Origin: Thermoproteota archaeon
GTDB taxonomy: Archaea; Korarchaeota; Korarchaeia; Korarchaeales; Korarchaeaceae
Length of the DNA stretch: 64,000 bases
Direction of reading: 5' to 3'
Assembly: GCA_027492205.1 (NCBI GenBank)
Contig: JAOZFN010000009.1
Coordinates: forward strand, 64,001-128,000
Every line of letters starts with the position of its first letter. Position 1 is the first letter of the stretch. Shown piece after piece: positions 1 through 9,526 of this stretch. The notes under the pieces are model-generated. The model did not search any database, was not told the DNA's origin, and saw only the letters and a program-made list of their open reading frames with translations. The position numbers were made by a program, and so were the translations under genes.

Positions 1-315
1 CTTGGCAGTTATGGCCTGGGTCTCGTATGTGACGTTAACGAAGTCCGAGACCTCCCACACCAGGAGGATCCCTTCTGAGACGTTGTAGCCCAGAGGAACG
101 CCTGCGTTGTCCGAGACGAGGAGAGACTCGGCCCCGGGTAGCAGGGGTATCGCGCTCACGAACCCCTCGGAGCTCCAATTCACAGAGACGAGGGCCCACC
201 CGTCCTCGTACAGGGTGACCCTGCAGGGGGTCGGCTCGGCCTGAGCCTCGGCCACAATCAGCGGAACCAGAGCCATCAGCGCGATTGCCAGCGCGACACC
301 CCGCCGCGGACGCAA
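1..315 (-). CDS. 5' part of an exported/membrane protein running off the left edge; possibly an archaeal membrane-associated transcriptional regulator (COG2512-like)
   Basis: Not in the ORF track. The minus-strand frame is open from TTG 315 (GGGGTG SD 6 nt upstream; alternative GTG 324) to base 1 and reads MRPRRGVALAIALMALVPLIVAEAQAEPTPCRVTLYEDGWALVSVNWSS...VNVTYETQAITAK. It has a signal peptide and directly follows alaX. Confidence 0.7.
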   Translation of the reverse strand, partial: MRPRRGVALAIALMALVPLIVAEAQAEPTPCRVTLYEDGWALVSVNWSSEGFVSAIPLLPGAESLLVSDNAGVPLGYNVSEGILLVWEVSDFVNVTYETQAITAK

Positions 316-333
316 TGGATACACCCCGGGGCC

Positions 334-1083
334 TCAATAGAACCCGGAGACCGCGTACTCCAGCCTCACCACACCCTTGCCCTTGCTCTTCCTCTTGAGG
401 ATCTTGATGCCTCCTATCTCCCCGGTCCTCGCGACGTGAGTCCCGCCGCAGGGGTCCGCGCCCACGCCCACGATCTCCACGATCCTGATCTCTTCCATCC
501 CCTCCTGAGCGGGTCCCAGGCCCGCGCCGTATCTCGCTAGGAGTTCCTCTGCCTTGTCCCTCGGCAGCACGTTGGCCCTGACCTCCGCGTCCATCTGGAC
601 TATTCTATTGGCCTCCTCCTCTATCGCGGGGAGCTGATCTCGTGTTATCTTCGCAGCGAAGTCGAGCCGGCCAGAGCCCACACTCAGGCCGCTGCCGGCC
701 AGCGCCGTTCGGCCGAAAAGTCGATCGACCGCGTGCATTAGCACGTGTGCCGCCGTGTGTGTCCTCATTATGGCGTACCGCCTATCCCAGTCCAGCACTC
801 CCCTAACCCCATCACCCGGGGAGAAGGACCCCTCGAGTTCGCCGATGTGAAGCACGTCCTCTCCCCTATTCTCCGCCCAGACGACCTTGAGCTTGCCGGA
901 GGGGCCCTCCAGAACCCCCGTGTCAGCTGGCTGTCCGCCGCCCTCGGGGTAGAAGGCGGTCCTGTCCAGCACCGCTCCTACCTTGCCGTCCGGGAGCTCC
1001 TCCACCGAGGCGACTATTGCGGTGAACTCCTTCAAGTACTGATCTTGGTAGTACAGCCTCTCCGTCGGCACAGGACCCTCCAA
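334..1083 (-). CDS. alaX: alanyl-tRNA editing protein (AlaX-M type)
   Basis: RLYYQDQYLKEF, DRTAFYPEGGGQPADTG, Zn-binding HTAAH and CGGTH motifs; likely start GTG 1071 after GGAGG. Confidence 0.93.
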   Translation of the reverse strand: MEGPVPTERLYYQDQYLKEFTAIVASVEELPDGKVGAVLDRTAFYPEGGGQPADTGVLEGPSGKLKVVWAENRGEDVLHIGELEGSFSPGDGVRGVLDWDRRYAIMRTHTAAHVLMHAVDRLFGRTALAGSGLSVGSGRLDFAAKITRDQLPAIEEEANRIVQMDAEVRANVLPRDKAEELLARYGAGLGPAQEGMEEIRIVEIVGVGADPCGGTHVARTGEIGGIKILKRKSKGKGVVRLEYAVSGFY

Positions 1084-1122
1084 CGGCTCCTAAGTAAAAT
1101 GATTTTTCGGCTCGGGACGACC

Positions 1123-2343
1123 CTACTCCTTGCGCTGGAGGGAGAGTCTCTTCGTGGTTACGGTGAGGTCTACCGAGACTCCGAACCTGGCCACCTCTCG
1201 GAGGAAGGGCTCTGGGTCTATGGCGCGCTCGGGGAGGTGAACTCCAGGCTTCAGTTCTCCCTCTACCAGCATCCTGGCGGCCGTTATCGCTGGGGCGGCC
1301 ACCAAGATGCCGTGGGCCGACGCCGGAGGTTTCGTCCAAGACTCGGCCGATGCGGTGACAACGACTGTGGCTGGCCGATCTGAGATTGACCCCACGGCCG
1401 TGACGACCATCACGTCTACGTCGTCAGGGGTCCAGGATTTCCCCTGGATGGTCCTGTTGACTAGGTACTCCAAGATCTCCATAGGAGACCTTCCGCACCC
1501 CGGGAGATCAAGAGGATCCTCGGAGGCGAACCCCAGCTTAACCAAGAGACCGTACTTCTCGAGTAGGTCATCCGGGAATGAGAGCTTGTAGTCGACCAGC
1601 CTGATCCCGCGGTCCCTGAATGTCTCCCCGAGGCTCCAGGTCTCCGGGTGATCGACGTAGTAGCACGGCTGCCTCCCCACCGGTTCCGGGAACTCGAACT
1701 CCTCCCTGCCACCCCAGGGCAGCGTGGGCCTCGGCCCCTCCGCCGTCCACACCTCCCCCCCGTAGACGAACTCGTCCAGGATCGTCTCGAACGAGTAGGG
1801 AACCGGGAGCGGGATACCCAGGCCCTCGTAGTCAACCCGATCGACCCAACCCTCTCTCATCCGGATCTCTCGGACCTCCTCGAGCTGGTCAACGGCCAGC
1901 CTCGCGAGGACGTTGATCAGGCCCGGCGAGCCGCCCATGGCCGGGAGGGCCGGCACTCCGGCTCGCCGGAAGTCTTCGTCCAGAGAGAGCTGCCACTGGA
2001 GCGTCTCCCTGTCCGACCCGAAGTCTATGTATGGGATCCGCGCCTCCAAGGCCGCCTTCGTGAGCTGGGGGATCACCTTGAAGATCGCCCCGTTGATCAG
2101 GACGTCGTACTCCCTCACCAGGCCGACGACGGTGTCCACATCCCGCGCGTCGAGCTGGGCCCAGGAGACCTCCTTGGACCCAGTGAGGGTTCGACACTCC
2201 CCCGCAACTCTCTCGGCAGCCTCCGGGTCCTTGTCCGCTATCAGCAGCTCCCCCACCCATCCGGCGAGATCGTCTCTGGCCAGGGAGATCGCCACAACCC
2301 TCGACGTCATGCCCGCCCCGACCAGCGCCACCCGTGCAGACAT
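1123..2343 (-). CDS. saccharopine dehydrogenase / lysine dehydrogenase / carboxynorspermidine synthase family NAD(P)-dependent oxidoreductase
   Basis: N-terminal Rossmann VALVGAG, YDVLIN, PYIDF, MGGSPGLINV, DHPE, C-terminal PGVHLPE. Confidence 0.8.
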   Translation of the reverse strand: MSARVALVGAGMTSRVVAISLARDDLAGWVGELLIADKDPEAAERVAGECRTLTGSKEVSWAQLDARDVDTVVGLVREYDVLINGAIFKVIPQLTKAALEARIPYIDFGSDRETLQWQLSLDEDFRRAGVPALPAMGGSPGLINVLARLAVDQLEEVREIRMREGWVDRVDYEGLGIPLPVPYSFETILDEFVYGGEVWTAEGPRPTLPWGGREEFEFPEPVGRQPCYYVDHPETWSLGETFRDRGIRLVDYKLSFPDDLLEKYGLLVKLGFASEDPLDLPGCGRSPMEILEYLVNRTIQGKSWTPDDVDVMVVTAVGSISDRPATVVVTASAESWTKPPASAHGILVAAPAITAARMLVEGELKPGVHLPERAIDPEPFLREVARFGVSVDLTVTTKRLSLQRKE

Positions 2344-2394
2344 CCAGCCTTCACCCTCGTCAGTCTATTAACCTGAACCACCGGAATTGACCGG

Positions 2395-3582
2395 GTGGGC
2401 CCATTGGATTGGGAGGTTGAGGTTCTCAGGCGCCTGGTCGCCCTCGACACCGACGCCACCCAGAGGAAGAACTACCGCGAGGCCGCCGAGCTGGTGGCCG
2501 GATACTTCAGGGAGATCGGCCTGAGCGTCGAGATCGTGGGGGAGGAGGTACCCAACGTCGTGGCGAGGCTCGACGTCGGCGCCGAGAGGGACCTCGCGCT
2601 CGTGAGCCACTACGACGTCGTCCCGGCCGGGGGACCGTGGGTCCTGAACGGCAGGGAGATCGACCCCTTCGAGCCCCTCCTGGTTAACGGCCGCCTCTAC
2701 GGGAGGGGTGCGGCCGACGACAAGTCTGCCATCGCGGCCACGCTGGGTGCCCTCAGGCGGATAGTCGAGAGCGGGCGGGGGGGTGAGCTGAGGTACAACC
2801 CCCTGGCCATCGTGGTCGGGGACGAGGAGGTCGGCGGCGCGGGGATAAGGGAGGTCGTCGAGGGGGCCGGGATCACGGGGGACGCCGCGGTCATACTGGA
2901 CGCCGCCATAGAGCACCTCAGCGTGGGCGCGAGCGGGGTGGCCGACGGCTGGATAACCGTCAGGGGGAAGGGAGGGCACGCCGGATACCCGCACAAGACG
3001 AGAAACCCCATCTACGGTCTGGTCAGGCTCATCTGCGAGCTGGAGAGCTTCTCGAGGCACAGGGCCACGAGGCTCTCCGACCTCCCGAGCCCGCCGGACT
3101 CCCCCGTGGAGAGGGTGTGGGGAAGGTTCACGGTCACGATGCTGCGCGCCGGGGAGAAGCACAACGCCGTGCCGAGCGAGGCCAGGCTAGGGTTCGACAT
3201 GAGGATCGTGCCCGGAGAGGATCCAGAGCGGGCGCTCGAGGAGCTGAGGTCCTTCCTCGCGGACGCCGCGGCCAGGCTGGGCCTCGAGGTGTCGATGGAG
3301 CTCGTGGGGGAGGTGAACACCGGTTGGATGACCCCGCCCGACCACCCCTTCGTGAGGGAGGCGCTCGACGCCATGGAGAGGGCCTTGGGCATGAGGAAGA
3401 TGGCCGCAGAGCTGGGAGGGAACGACGGCTACCTCTTCGCGTCGAGGGGGGTTCCCACGGTCGCCATAGGCGCCATCAGGGTGGACAACAACATACACGC
3501 CCCCCTAGAGTTCGTCTACCTGGAGGACGTAGCCGCGCTCGAGAGGTTCATCACGGAACTCCTAGTCCCAGGCGGGGCGTGA
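2395..3582 (+). CDS. M20 family metallopeptidase (ArgE/DapE-like)
   Basis: SHYDVVP, LYGRGAADDKS, GDEEVGG, GKGGHAG, NIHAPLE; likely start TTG 2404. Confidence 0.9.
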   Translation: MGPLDWEVEVLRRLVALDTDATQRKNYREAAELVAGYFREIGLSVEIVGEEVPNVVARLDVGAERDLALVSHYDVVPAGGPWVLNGREIDPFEPLLVNGRLYGRGAADDKSAIAATLGALRRIVESGRGGELRYNPLAIVVGDEEVGGAGIREVVEGAGITGDAAVILDAAIEHLSVGASGVADGWITVRGKGGHAGYPHKTRNPIYGLVRLICELESFSRHRATRLSDLPSPPDSPVERVWGRFTVTMLRAGEKHNAVPSEARLGFDMRIVPGEDPERALEELRSFLADAAARLGLEVSMELVGEVNTGWMTPPDHPFVREALDAMERALGMRKMAAELGGNDGYLFASRGVPTVAIGAIRVDNNIHAPLEFVYLEDVAALERFITELLVPGGA

Positions 3583-4240
3583 GCCAGGCGAGCCCCGAGA
3601 CGACGAAGGGCACCTCGAGGTTGTCCTCCACTCCGTAGGCCTCAGACAACGCGGCGGCCGCGGACAGCAGAACGGCGCCCGCGGGGTCCCTGAACAGGAG
3701 GGCCACCGGGAGGATGGCCAGGAACCCGGCGACCGTGCCCTCCACCGTCGAGGTGGACGCGAAGGGCATTCTCAGCCTCCCCGCGTACGCCCCCACGACG
3801 GCCGAGGCGACGTCGGTAGTGGCGAGCGCCACGACCCCCCAGAGGAAGTTCCAGCCGAAGAGGAAGTAGGAGACCCCAACGCCTATGACCCCGTACATGA
3901 GGCCGACCCAACCGGCCCTCCTCTCGTACTCCCTCTCCAGCTGGCGTATCTTGGAGTCCAGCCACTTGACCACCGCGTCCACGCTCTGGCCCACCGGCGT
4001 CCTCTGCAGTATCCTCTCCAGCTCCTCCGGGGTGACCTCTATGGCGGGCCCCTTGACCCTCAGCGCGTTGACCCAGGCGGCGGCGATCATCAGGAGGCCG
4101 TAAACCTCGGCGGGAGACGGGCGATGGAGGAGAAACAGAGACTCCGGCAGCTTGGGGAGGATCACGGCCGGTGCGGCGAGGCTCAGGGCCATGACGGCGT
4201 GTATCATCTTGCGCAGCATCAGGCTCTTGAGATCCCGCAC
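3551..4240 (-). CDS. dolichol kinase / phosphatidate cytidylyltransferase (CTP_transf_1) family membrane protein
   Basis: LRKMIH at the N-terminus, multiple TM segments, TDVASAVVG...GR, STVEGTVAGF, EDNLEVP. Confidence 0.8.
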   Translation of the reverse strand: MRDLKSLMLRKMIHAVMALSLAAPAVILPKLPESLFLLHRPSPAEVYGLLMIAAAWVNALRVKGPAIEVTPEELERILQRTPVGQSVDAVVKWLDSKIRQLEREYERRAGWVGLMYGVIGVGVSYFLFGWNFLWGVVALATTDVASAVVGAYAGRLRMPFASTSTVEGTVAGFLAILPVALLFRDPAGAVLLSAAAALSEAYGVEDNLEVPFVVSGLAWLTPRLGLGVP

Positions 4241-4298
4241 GGACCGGTCGGGAGGGGCACGGTTAAAGTGATTTGCATCTCCATCGGCCGGAGATCGG

Positions 4299-4904
4299 AT
4301 GGGAAAAGAGGAGGAGAAGACCCCCCTCGCCTACCGCGTCGTCTACTCCCTTGGGCTCAGGAGCGTATACCGACCGGTCTCCGAGCTCATAAGCGTGGTC
4401 GGGCCCGGGGGGGTCGGAGTCGACGTGGGGGCCGGTTACGGTCTCTCCGCGGAGCTGATAGCCGACATGGTTGGCCACCTCATCCTGGTCGAGGTAGACA
4501 GGGAGATGGCCTCGTCGGCGAGGAGGCGCCTGGAGGACATGCCCAACGTCTCCGTGCTGAGGGCGGACGCCAGGATGCTGCCCCTCAGGGACGAGGTGGC
4601 CGATTTCGTCATATTCTTTGACTCCCTGCACCACATTCGAGGGCCGATGAGGGCCCTCAGGGAGGCTGTCAGGATCCTGAAAATCGGCGGTGTGCTTGGT
4701 ATCTACGATTTCGACGATTCTAGATTCGCCACTCGCATCTTGAGAAGGGTTGAGAAGATGATGGGGCTCCACTCGACCTTCCTCTCGCTGGATCGCCTGG
4801 TTGAGGGGTTGACGTCGCTCGGCATGCGCGTGGTGGGGGTGAGGGAGAGGTGGGCGGGACAGATCGACCTATTGGCCGTGAAGGTGGATTCGGTGTCCAC
4901 CTAG
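4299..4904 (+). CDS. class I SAM-dependent methyltransferase
   Basis: VDVGAGYG motif I, ADARMLPL, SLHH, RILKIGG. Confidence 0.88.
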   Translation: MGKEEEKTPLAYRVVYSLGLRSVYRPVSELISVVGPGGVGVDVGAGYGLSAELIADMVGHLILVEVDREMASSARRRLEDMPNVSVLRADARMLPLRDEVADFVIFFDSLHHIRGPMRALREAVRILKIGGVLGIYDFDDSRFATRILRRVEKMMGLHSTFLSLDRLVEGLTSLGMRVVGVRERWAGQIDLLAVKVDSVST

Positions 4905-5788
4905 CAGCTGAGGTAGGTTATTCGAACCTCCCTCTCGAGCCTCCCTATGAGATCCGACGGAATTGGATGCGGGCCTGCGAATTTCGTTGACGCGGCGGCT
5001 GCGGCGACGGCAAATCTTGCCGCGCCGTCGATTCGCCCACCGTTGATCAGGGCCGCTCCTAGCGCGGCAGAGAAGACATCTCCGGCGCCGACGTCGTCCT
5101 CGGCGTTAACTGCCGGAGGCCTGGCGACGAGGGTACCGTCTGGACCCGACACGACCGCGCCCCTCTCGCCTAGCGTGACGGCAGCCACCCCAAACCTTCT
5201 AGAGAGAGCTCGGGCCGCCAGTAGCGGATCAGTCAAACCGGTGGCCTCTTTTGCCTCCGACTCGTTGGCGTGTACGACCGCCTGAATCCCCCCCAAGGAA
5301 CTGAGCCCTTCGGGGGCAAGAGACACGTGACCAGACGGGTCAAACCTTCTCAGGAATCCTTGGAGGTCTATCACAAGCACCTCGCACGACGACGCGCACT
5401 GGAGCGCCACCTGCCTCGAGATTTCACCGGCCACCGAGCCCAGATGGGTGACCTTCCCACGAAACGACGCCACGTCGGCAACTTGCAGCGGCCGCGCCCT
5501 TGAAGAGAGGGAGGAAACCACTCTATTGGGCCCGAGAACGATCCTGAATCTTGTACTGGGGCCCTCTCCAACCCTGACGCCAGAGAGATCCACTCCCTGT
5601 CGTCTAAGCCAGTCCAACTTATCGCGCGGGAAGTCCTCTCCGACAACGGACACCACCCCGGCGGACAGACCCAAGCCGGCGGCGAAGACGGAGCCGTACG
5701 CCGCTGCCCCGCCAATCCTCAACCTTCCACGCCCTAGCTCGTCCAGCGTGAGGTGGCCAACCGCGAGGTAGTCGTACTCCCTGGTCAC
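4901..5788 (-). CDS. PfkB/ribokinase family carbohydrate kinase
   Basis: GGAAAY, VGEDF, NESE, VTLGERGA, DDVGAGDVF anion-hole motif. Confidence 0.9.
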   Translation of the reverse strand: MTREYDYLAVGHLTLDELGRGRLRIGGAAAYGSVFAAGLGLSAGVVSVVGEDFPRDKLDWLRRQGVDLSGVRVGEGPSTRFRIVLGPNRVVSSLSSRARPLQVADVASFRGKVTHLGSVAGEISRQVALQCASSCEVLVIDLQGFLRRFDPSGHVSLAPEGLSSLGGIQAVVHANESEAKEATGLTDPLLAARALSRRFGVAAVTLGERGAVVSGPDGTLVARPPAVNAEDDVGAGDVFSAALGAALINGGRIDGAARFAVAAAAASTKFAGPHPIPSDLIGRLEREVRITYLSC

Positions 5789-5795
5789 CGGACCC

Positions 5796-8453
5796 TCACT
5801 CCCTCTCCAGCAGTCCAGGGTACAAGATTATCCCGCCCGACGCGCCGATCAGCACCAGTACCCAGTCCCTGAAGTTGAGCGGAGCGGTCTTGAACACGAG
5901 CTGAAGTGGGGGGAGGTATATCGCGGCCAGTTGAAGCGCGAAGGAGGATGCGACCGCCAGCAACAGGGCCTTGTTGGCGGTAATAGCGGACCGAGATGTG
6001 TAGACGTACTTTCTGGGAGACCTGCAGTTCAAGGCCAAGAACAGCTCAAAGACGACGGCTATGGTGAAGGCGAGCGTCCTTGCACGCGCAACATCTCCGG
6101 TCACCTTCAGCTCGAGCCAGAATGGCACGAGGGAAGCGGCGGCCGCGACCAAGGCGGCCACTACGATGTACCACAGCATGCCGTGATATATCTCCTCATT
6201 CGGGTCCCTTGGGGGCCTCTCCATAACGTCCTCGTCTGGCGGGTCAAGGCCGAGCGCCATGGCGGGCAGACCGTCCGTCAGCAGGTTGAGCCACAGGATC
6301 TGGAGCGGGAGGAAGGGCAGGGGGAGATCCAGAAATGCCGCGGTGGAGATCACCATTATCTCGTCCCAGTTCGCGGACAGGAGGAGCCTGATGAACTTCC
6401 GAATATTCTCGTAGATTCGCCTTCCCTCCTCAATGGCGTTTACGATTGTTGCGAAGTTGTCGTCCGTCAGGACCATGTCCGCGGCCTCTCTAGTCACGTC
6501 AGATCCCCTGACGCCCATGGCTATGCCTATGTCAGCCTTCTTGACGGCGGGGGCGTCATTCACGCCGTCTCCGGTCATGGCCACGATGTCGCCGCCGGCC
6601 TTTAGGGCCTTCAGTATCCGGAGCTTGTGCTCGGGGCTCACCCTGGCGAACACGGATACCTCTCTGACGACCTCTTGGAGCTCCTCGTCGCTCATTGAGT
6701 CGAGCTCCCACCCGGTTACGACCCTGCCGGAGTCGTCGATTCCCACCTCCTTCGCCACGGCGGCGGCCGTGAGCGCGTGGTCTCCCGTGACCATCACGAT
6801 CCTGATCCCAGCCCTCTTAGCCTTCCGCACCGCGTCTGGAACCTCCGGCCTCGGAGGGTCCATCATGCCCACCAGGCCAACCAGCACCATGCCTGACTCC
6901 TGGTGGGCCCCCAGCTCCTCCCCCTCGGGGATCCTCTTGTAAGCGACCGCGAGGACCCTCAGGGCTCTGGCCGCCATGTCCCTCGTGACCTCGTTTATCT
7001 TCGCCCGCAGCTCTTCGTCAAGCTCCCTGAGCTCGCCCCCCTCCCAGAGCACTCTGTCGCAGAGCGAGAGTACGACCTCCGGCGCGCCCTTCGTGAAGGC
7101 GAGCATCCCCCCTCCCGTGGAGTGGAAGGTCGTCATCCTCTTCCTCGACGAGTCGAACGGAACCTCAGCCACGCGGGGATAGAGCCTCCTGAGTTCCCTG
7201 TGGTCTACTCTAAGGTTCCGGGCCATTGAGAGAAGAGCCAGCTCCGTCGGATCCCCGACCCTCACCAACTCCTCACCGCGCTCCTCAACGTCTGAGTCGT
7301 TGCAGAGGACCGAACCCTTTACCAGGGCGTCGACCGGGGAGTGTAAGCTTATCTCAGGGGCCAAAGAGAACTCTATAGAGCCAACGTCCAGCAGCCTCCC
7401 CGACACCCAGACCTGCCGGACGGTCATCTCGTTCATGGTTATCGTGCCGGTCTTGTCGGTGGCGATGACCGTGGCGCTCCCAAGGGTCTCGACGGCGGCC
7501 AGCCTCCTGACGATGGCGTTCCTCGAGGCCATCCTCTGAACGCCTATGGCGAGGGCCACCGTGACGACGGCCGGGAGCCCCTCCGGAACGGCGGAGACTG
7601 CCAAGCTTATTCCGGTCAGCACGACCTCCTCGAGGACGGACAGGCTCTCAAGCCCTCCAAGCTCGTAGATTCCCTCGACGGTCACGAGGGCGGTAAGGAG
7701 GAGTATGAAGGCCCCCAGCTTCTTTCCGAAGCTGTCCAACCTCCTCTGCAGGGGCGTTTCCTCCTTCTCCTCCAGCTGCACCATGGCCGCGATCCTGCCC
7801 ATCTCCGTGTTCATTCCCGTCTCGACCACCACGGCCTTGCCGCGCCCGTAGGCCACGACGGTTGAGGAGTAGACCATGTTCCTCCGCTCCGGCAGGGGGG
7901 TGTCCTCGTCCAGCGCCAGGTCCGCGAACTTCTCGACGGGAACCGACTCTCCGGTGAGGACCGACTCGTCCACCTTCAGATGCGCGCTCTCGATGAGTCT
8001 GGCGTCTGCCGGGACCCTGTCGCCCGCCTGGAGGACGATTATGTCCCCGGGCACGACCTCTGTGGAAGCGATCTTCACCTGCACGCCGTCCCTGATCACG
8101 GTTGCCCTTGGGGCGGCGAGCCGTTTCAGGGCCTCAAGGGCTCGCTCTGCCCTGTACTCCTGAATCGTCCCCAGGATAGAGTTCACAACCAAGATTGCTC
8201 CTATTGCGGCGGCGTCCACATACTCCCCGATCAGGACGCTGAAGATGGCGGCGAAGATCAGGAGCGCCACCAGGACGCTCTTGAATTGGTCGACGAATAC
8301 CTCCAACACTCCCCTCTTCTTGGTCTCCTCGAGCTCGTTAGGGCCGAATTCCCGAAGCCTAACAGACGCCTCTCGGGAGGATAGACCATTGAGAGACGTC
8401 TTTAACTCGTTCAGGACCTCTTCGACGGTCATCGCGTGCCAGGGGCGTCCCAT
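5796..8453 (-). CDS. cation-transporting P-type ATPase, type IIA (Ca2+/PacL-like)
   Basis: LTGES, VPEGLP, phosphorylation site DKTGT, KGAPE, MDPPR, TGDGVNDAPA, LWLNLLTDGLPA. Confidence 0.95.
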   Translation of the reverse strand: MGRPWHAMTVEEVLNELKTSLNGLSSREASVRLREFGPNELEETKKRGVLEVFVDQFKSVLVALLIFAAIFSVLIGEYVDAAAIGAILVVNSILGTIQEYRAERALEALKRLAAPRATVIRDGVQVKIASTEVVPGDIIVLQAGDRVPADARLIESAHLKVDESVLTGESVPVEKFADLALDEDTPLPERRNMVYSSTVVAYGRGKAVVVETGMNTEMGRIAAMVQLEEKEETPLQRRLDSFGKKLGAFILLLTALVTVEGIYELGGLESLSVLEEVVLTGISLAVSAVPEGLPAVVTVALAIGVQRMASRNAIVRRLAAVETLGSATVIATDKTGTITMNEMTVRQVWVSGRLLDVGSIEFSLAPEISLHSPVDALVKGSVLCNDSDVEERGEELVRVGDPTELALLSMARNLRVDHRELRRLYPRVAEVPFDSSRKRMTTFHSTGGGMLAFTKGAPEVVLSLCDRVLWEGGELRELDEELRAKINEVTRDMAARALRVLAVAYKRIPEGEELGAHQESGMVLVGLVGMMDPPRPEVPDAVRKAKRAGIRIVMVTGDHALTAAAVAKEVGIDDSGRVVTGWELDSMSDEELQEVVREVSVFARVSPEHKLRILKALKAGGDIVAMTGDGVNDAPAVKKADIGIAMGVRGSDVTREAADMVLTDDNFATIVNAIEEGRRIYENIRKFIRLLLSANWDEIMVISTAAFLDLPLPFLPLQILWLNLLTDGLPAMALGLDPPDEDVMERPPRDPNEEIYHGMLWYIVVAALVAAAASLVPFWLELKVTGDVARARTLAFTIAVVFELFLALNCRSPRKYVYTSRSAITANKALLLAVASSFALQLAAIYLPPLQLVFKTAPLNFRDWVLVLIGASGGIILYPGLLERE

Positions 8454-8542
8454 CTCCGTCGCGGGACCACTCCCATGCGGGATAAATACTTTGTAAGGGT
8501 GTAGATGCGGCAGAAGCGCCGCACGGAGAACGCAAAATCTTC

Positions 8543-8552
8543 CTTAAATAAT
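8543..8552 (+). promoter_or_regulatory. TATA-like box for the gene at 8570 (probably leaderless); divergent promoter region shared with the P-type ATPase
   Basis: CTTAAATAAT begins 27 nt before TTG 8570; a minus-strand TTTAT at 8486-8482 lies about 30 nt before ATG 8453. Confidence 0.5.
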
Positions 8553-8569
8553 CCCGAGGCGAGTCTCGC

Positions 8570-9505
8570 TTGAGCATGATGAGGAGAGTCGCGGCCCTGG
8601 CGCTGGTTGCAGTAGCTGTAGCCTCTGTGGCGCTCCTCTACCCGCGACTCAGGAACAACCCCCTGAAGGAGTATACATTCCAACACGAGCCATGGATGGA
8701 TGTGGTGCCCACGGGCTGGGATCAGGTGACCGCCCTCTTCCTTGGGCGTTGGGCGGGGGATCCCGAGCTAGAGAAGCACCTCACCGGGCCGAGCATACAG
8801 CTTCTCGGTGTAAGAGGGGCGACCTTCGCACCAAAAGATGTGGAGGTGCTTGTCCTCCCGCCGGGCGTCTGCCTGGCCGATTGTGACTCTCCCGTCCCCA
8901 CCAGAGCCACGATTTACCTCCTGAAGAACGAGAGTGCGAGGCGGCTCTACAAGGCGATGGCCGTGAGCGGGACCCTGAGATACAGACACTCGGGCTTCAC
9001 CGTCTTCTTCGCCGTAGGCCGAATGCCGGATGGAAAGAGGGACAGGGACTACGCCTCCCTGGCTGCCTTCAGAGATGACCTGATGGTCCTGGTGTGGGGC
9101 CCCCCCAAAGAGGCCAAGGCCGCTCTGGAGCAGCTCCTGACGCTGTCCGAGGGTGAGAAGCTGTTTGACGACGAGGGGATGAGGAAGGCCTTCGCAATCA
9201 CGTCTTCCGGCCTCAGACAGCTGAAGCTCAGGGCGGGCGGCGGAGACCTCTTAGGCGTCCAGGCCAGGAGGGTTGTCCTCACACTCGGCATAGACGAGGA
9301 GGGGGGTGTGAGGCTGAGGGCCGCGGCGGCGACGGGGGGGACGGGTGAGCTGAGCCCAGAGATCCTCGAGCGCGCCGTATCCAACCTCTCCTCCCTGCAG
9401 GGCGTGAGCCTCTCTCCCACAGAATCCTACTCCGGCGACGGCGTCGTTGCGGTCGAGTTCGAGATCCCGAGGGAGCAGCTGGAGGTCGCGCTGAGCAAGC
9501 TCTGA
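8570..9505 (+). CDS. hypothetical protein with N-terminal membrane anchor/signal peptide
   Basis: 311 aa ORF filling the space before uppS; RR followed by hydrophobic VAALALVAVAVASVALLY; no family recognised. Confidence 0.75.
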   Translation: MSMMRRVAALALVAVAVASVALLYPRLRNNPLKEYTFQHEPWMDVVPTGWDQVTALFLGRWAGDPELEKHLTGPSIQLLGVRGATFAPKDVEVLVLPPGVCLADCDSPVPTRATIYLLKNESARRLYKAMAVSGTLRYRHSGFTVFFAVGRMPDGKRDRDYASLAAFRDDLMVLVWGPPKEAKAALEQLLTLSEGEKLFDDEGMRKAFAITSSGLRQLKLRAGGGDLLGVQARRVVLTLGIDEEGGVRLRAAAATGGTGELSPEILERAVSNLSSLQGVSLSPTESYSGDGVVAVEFEIPREQLEVALSKL

Positions 9506-9526
9506 TAGCGCCTGGGGTGAGGTCCC

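Noticed and set aside
35-337. Listed 100-aa minus-strand ORF
   Set aside because: Arg/Gly-rich off-frame shadow of the real gene in the neighbouring frame (1-315).
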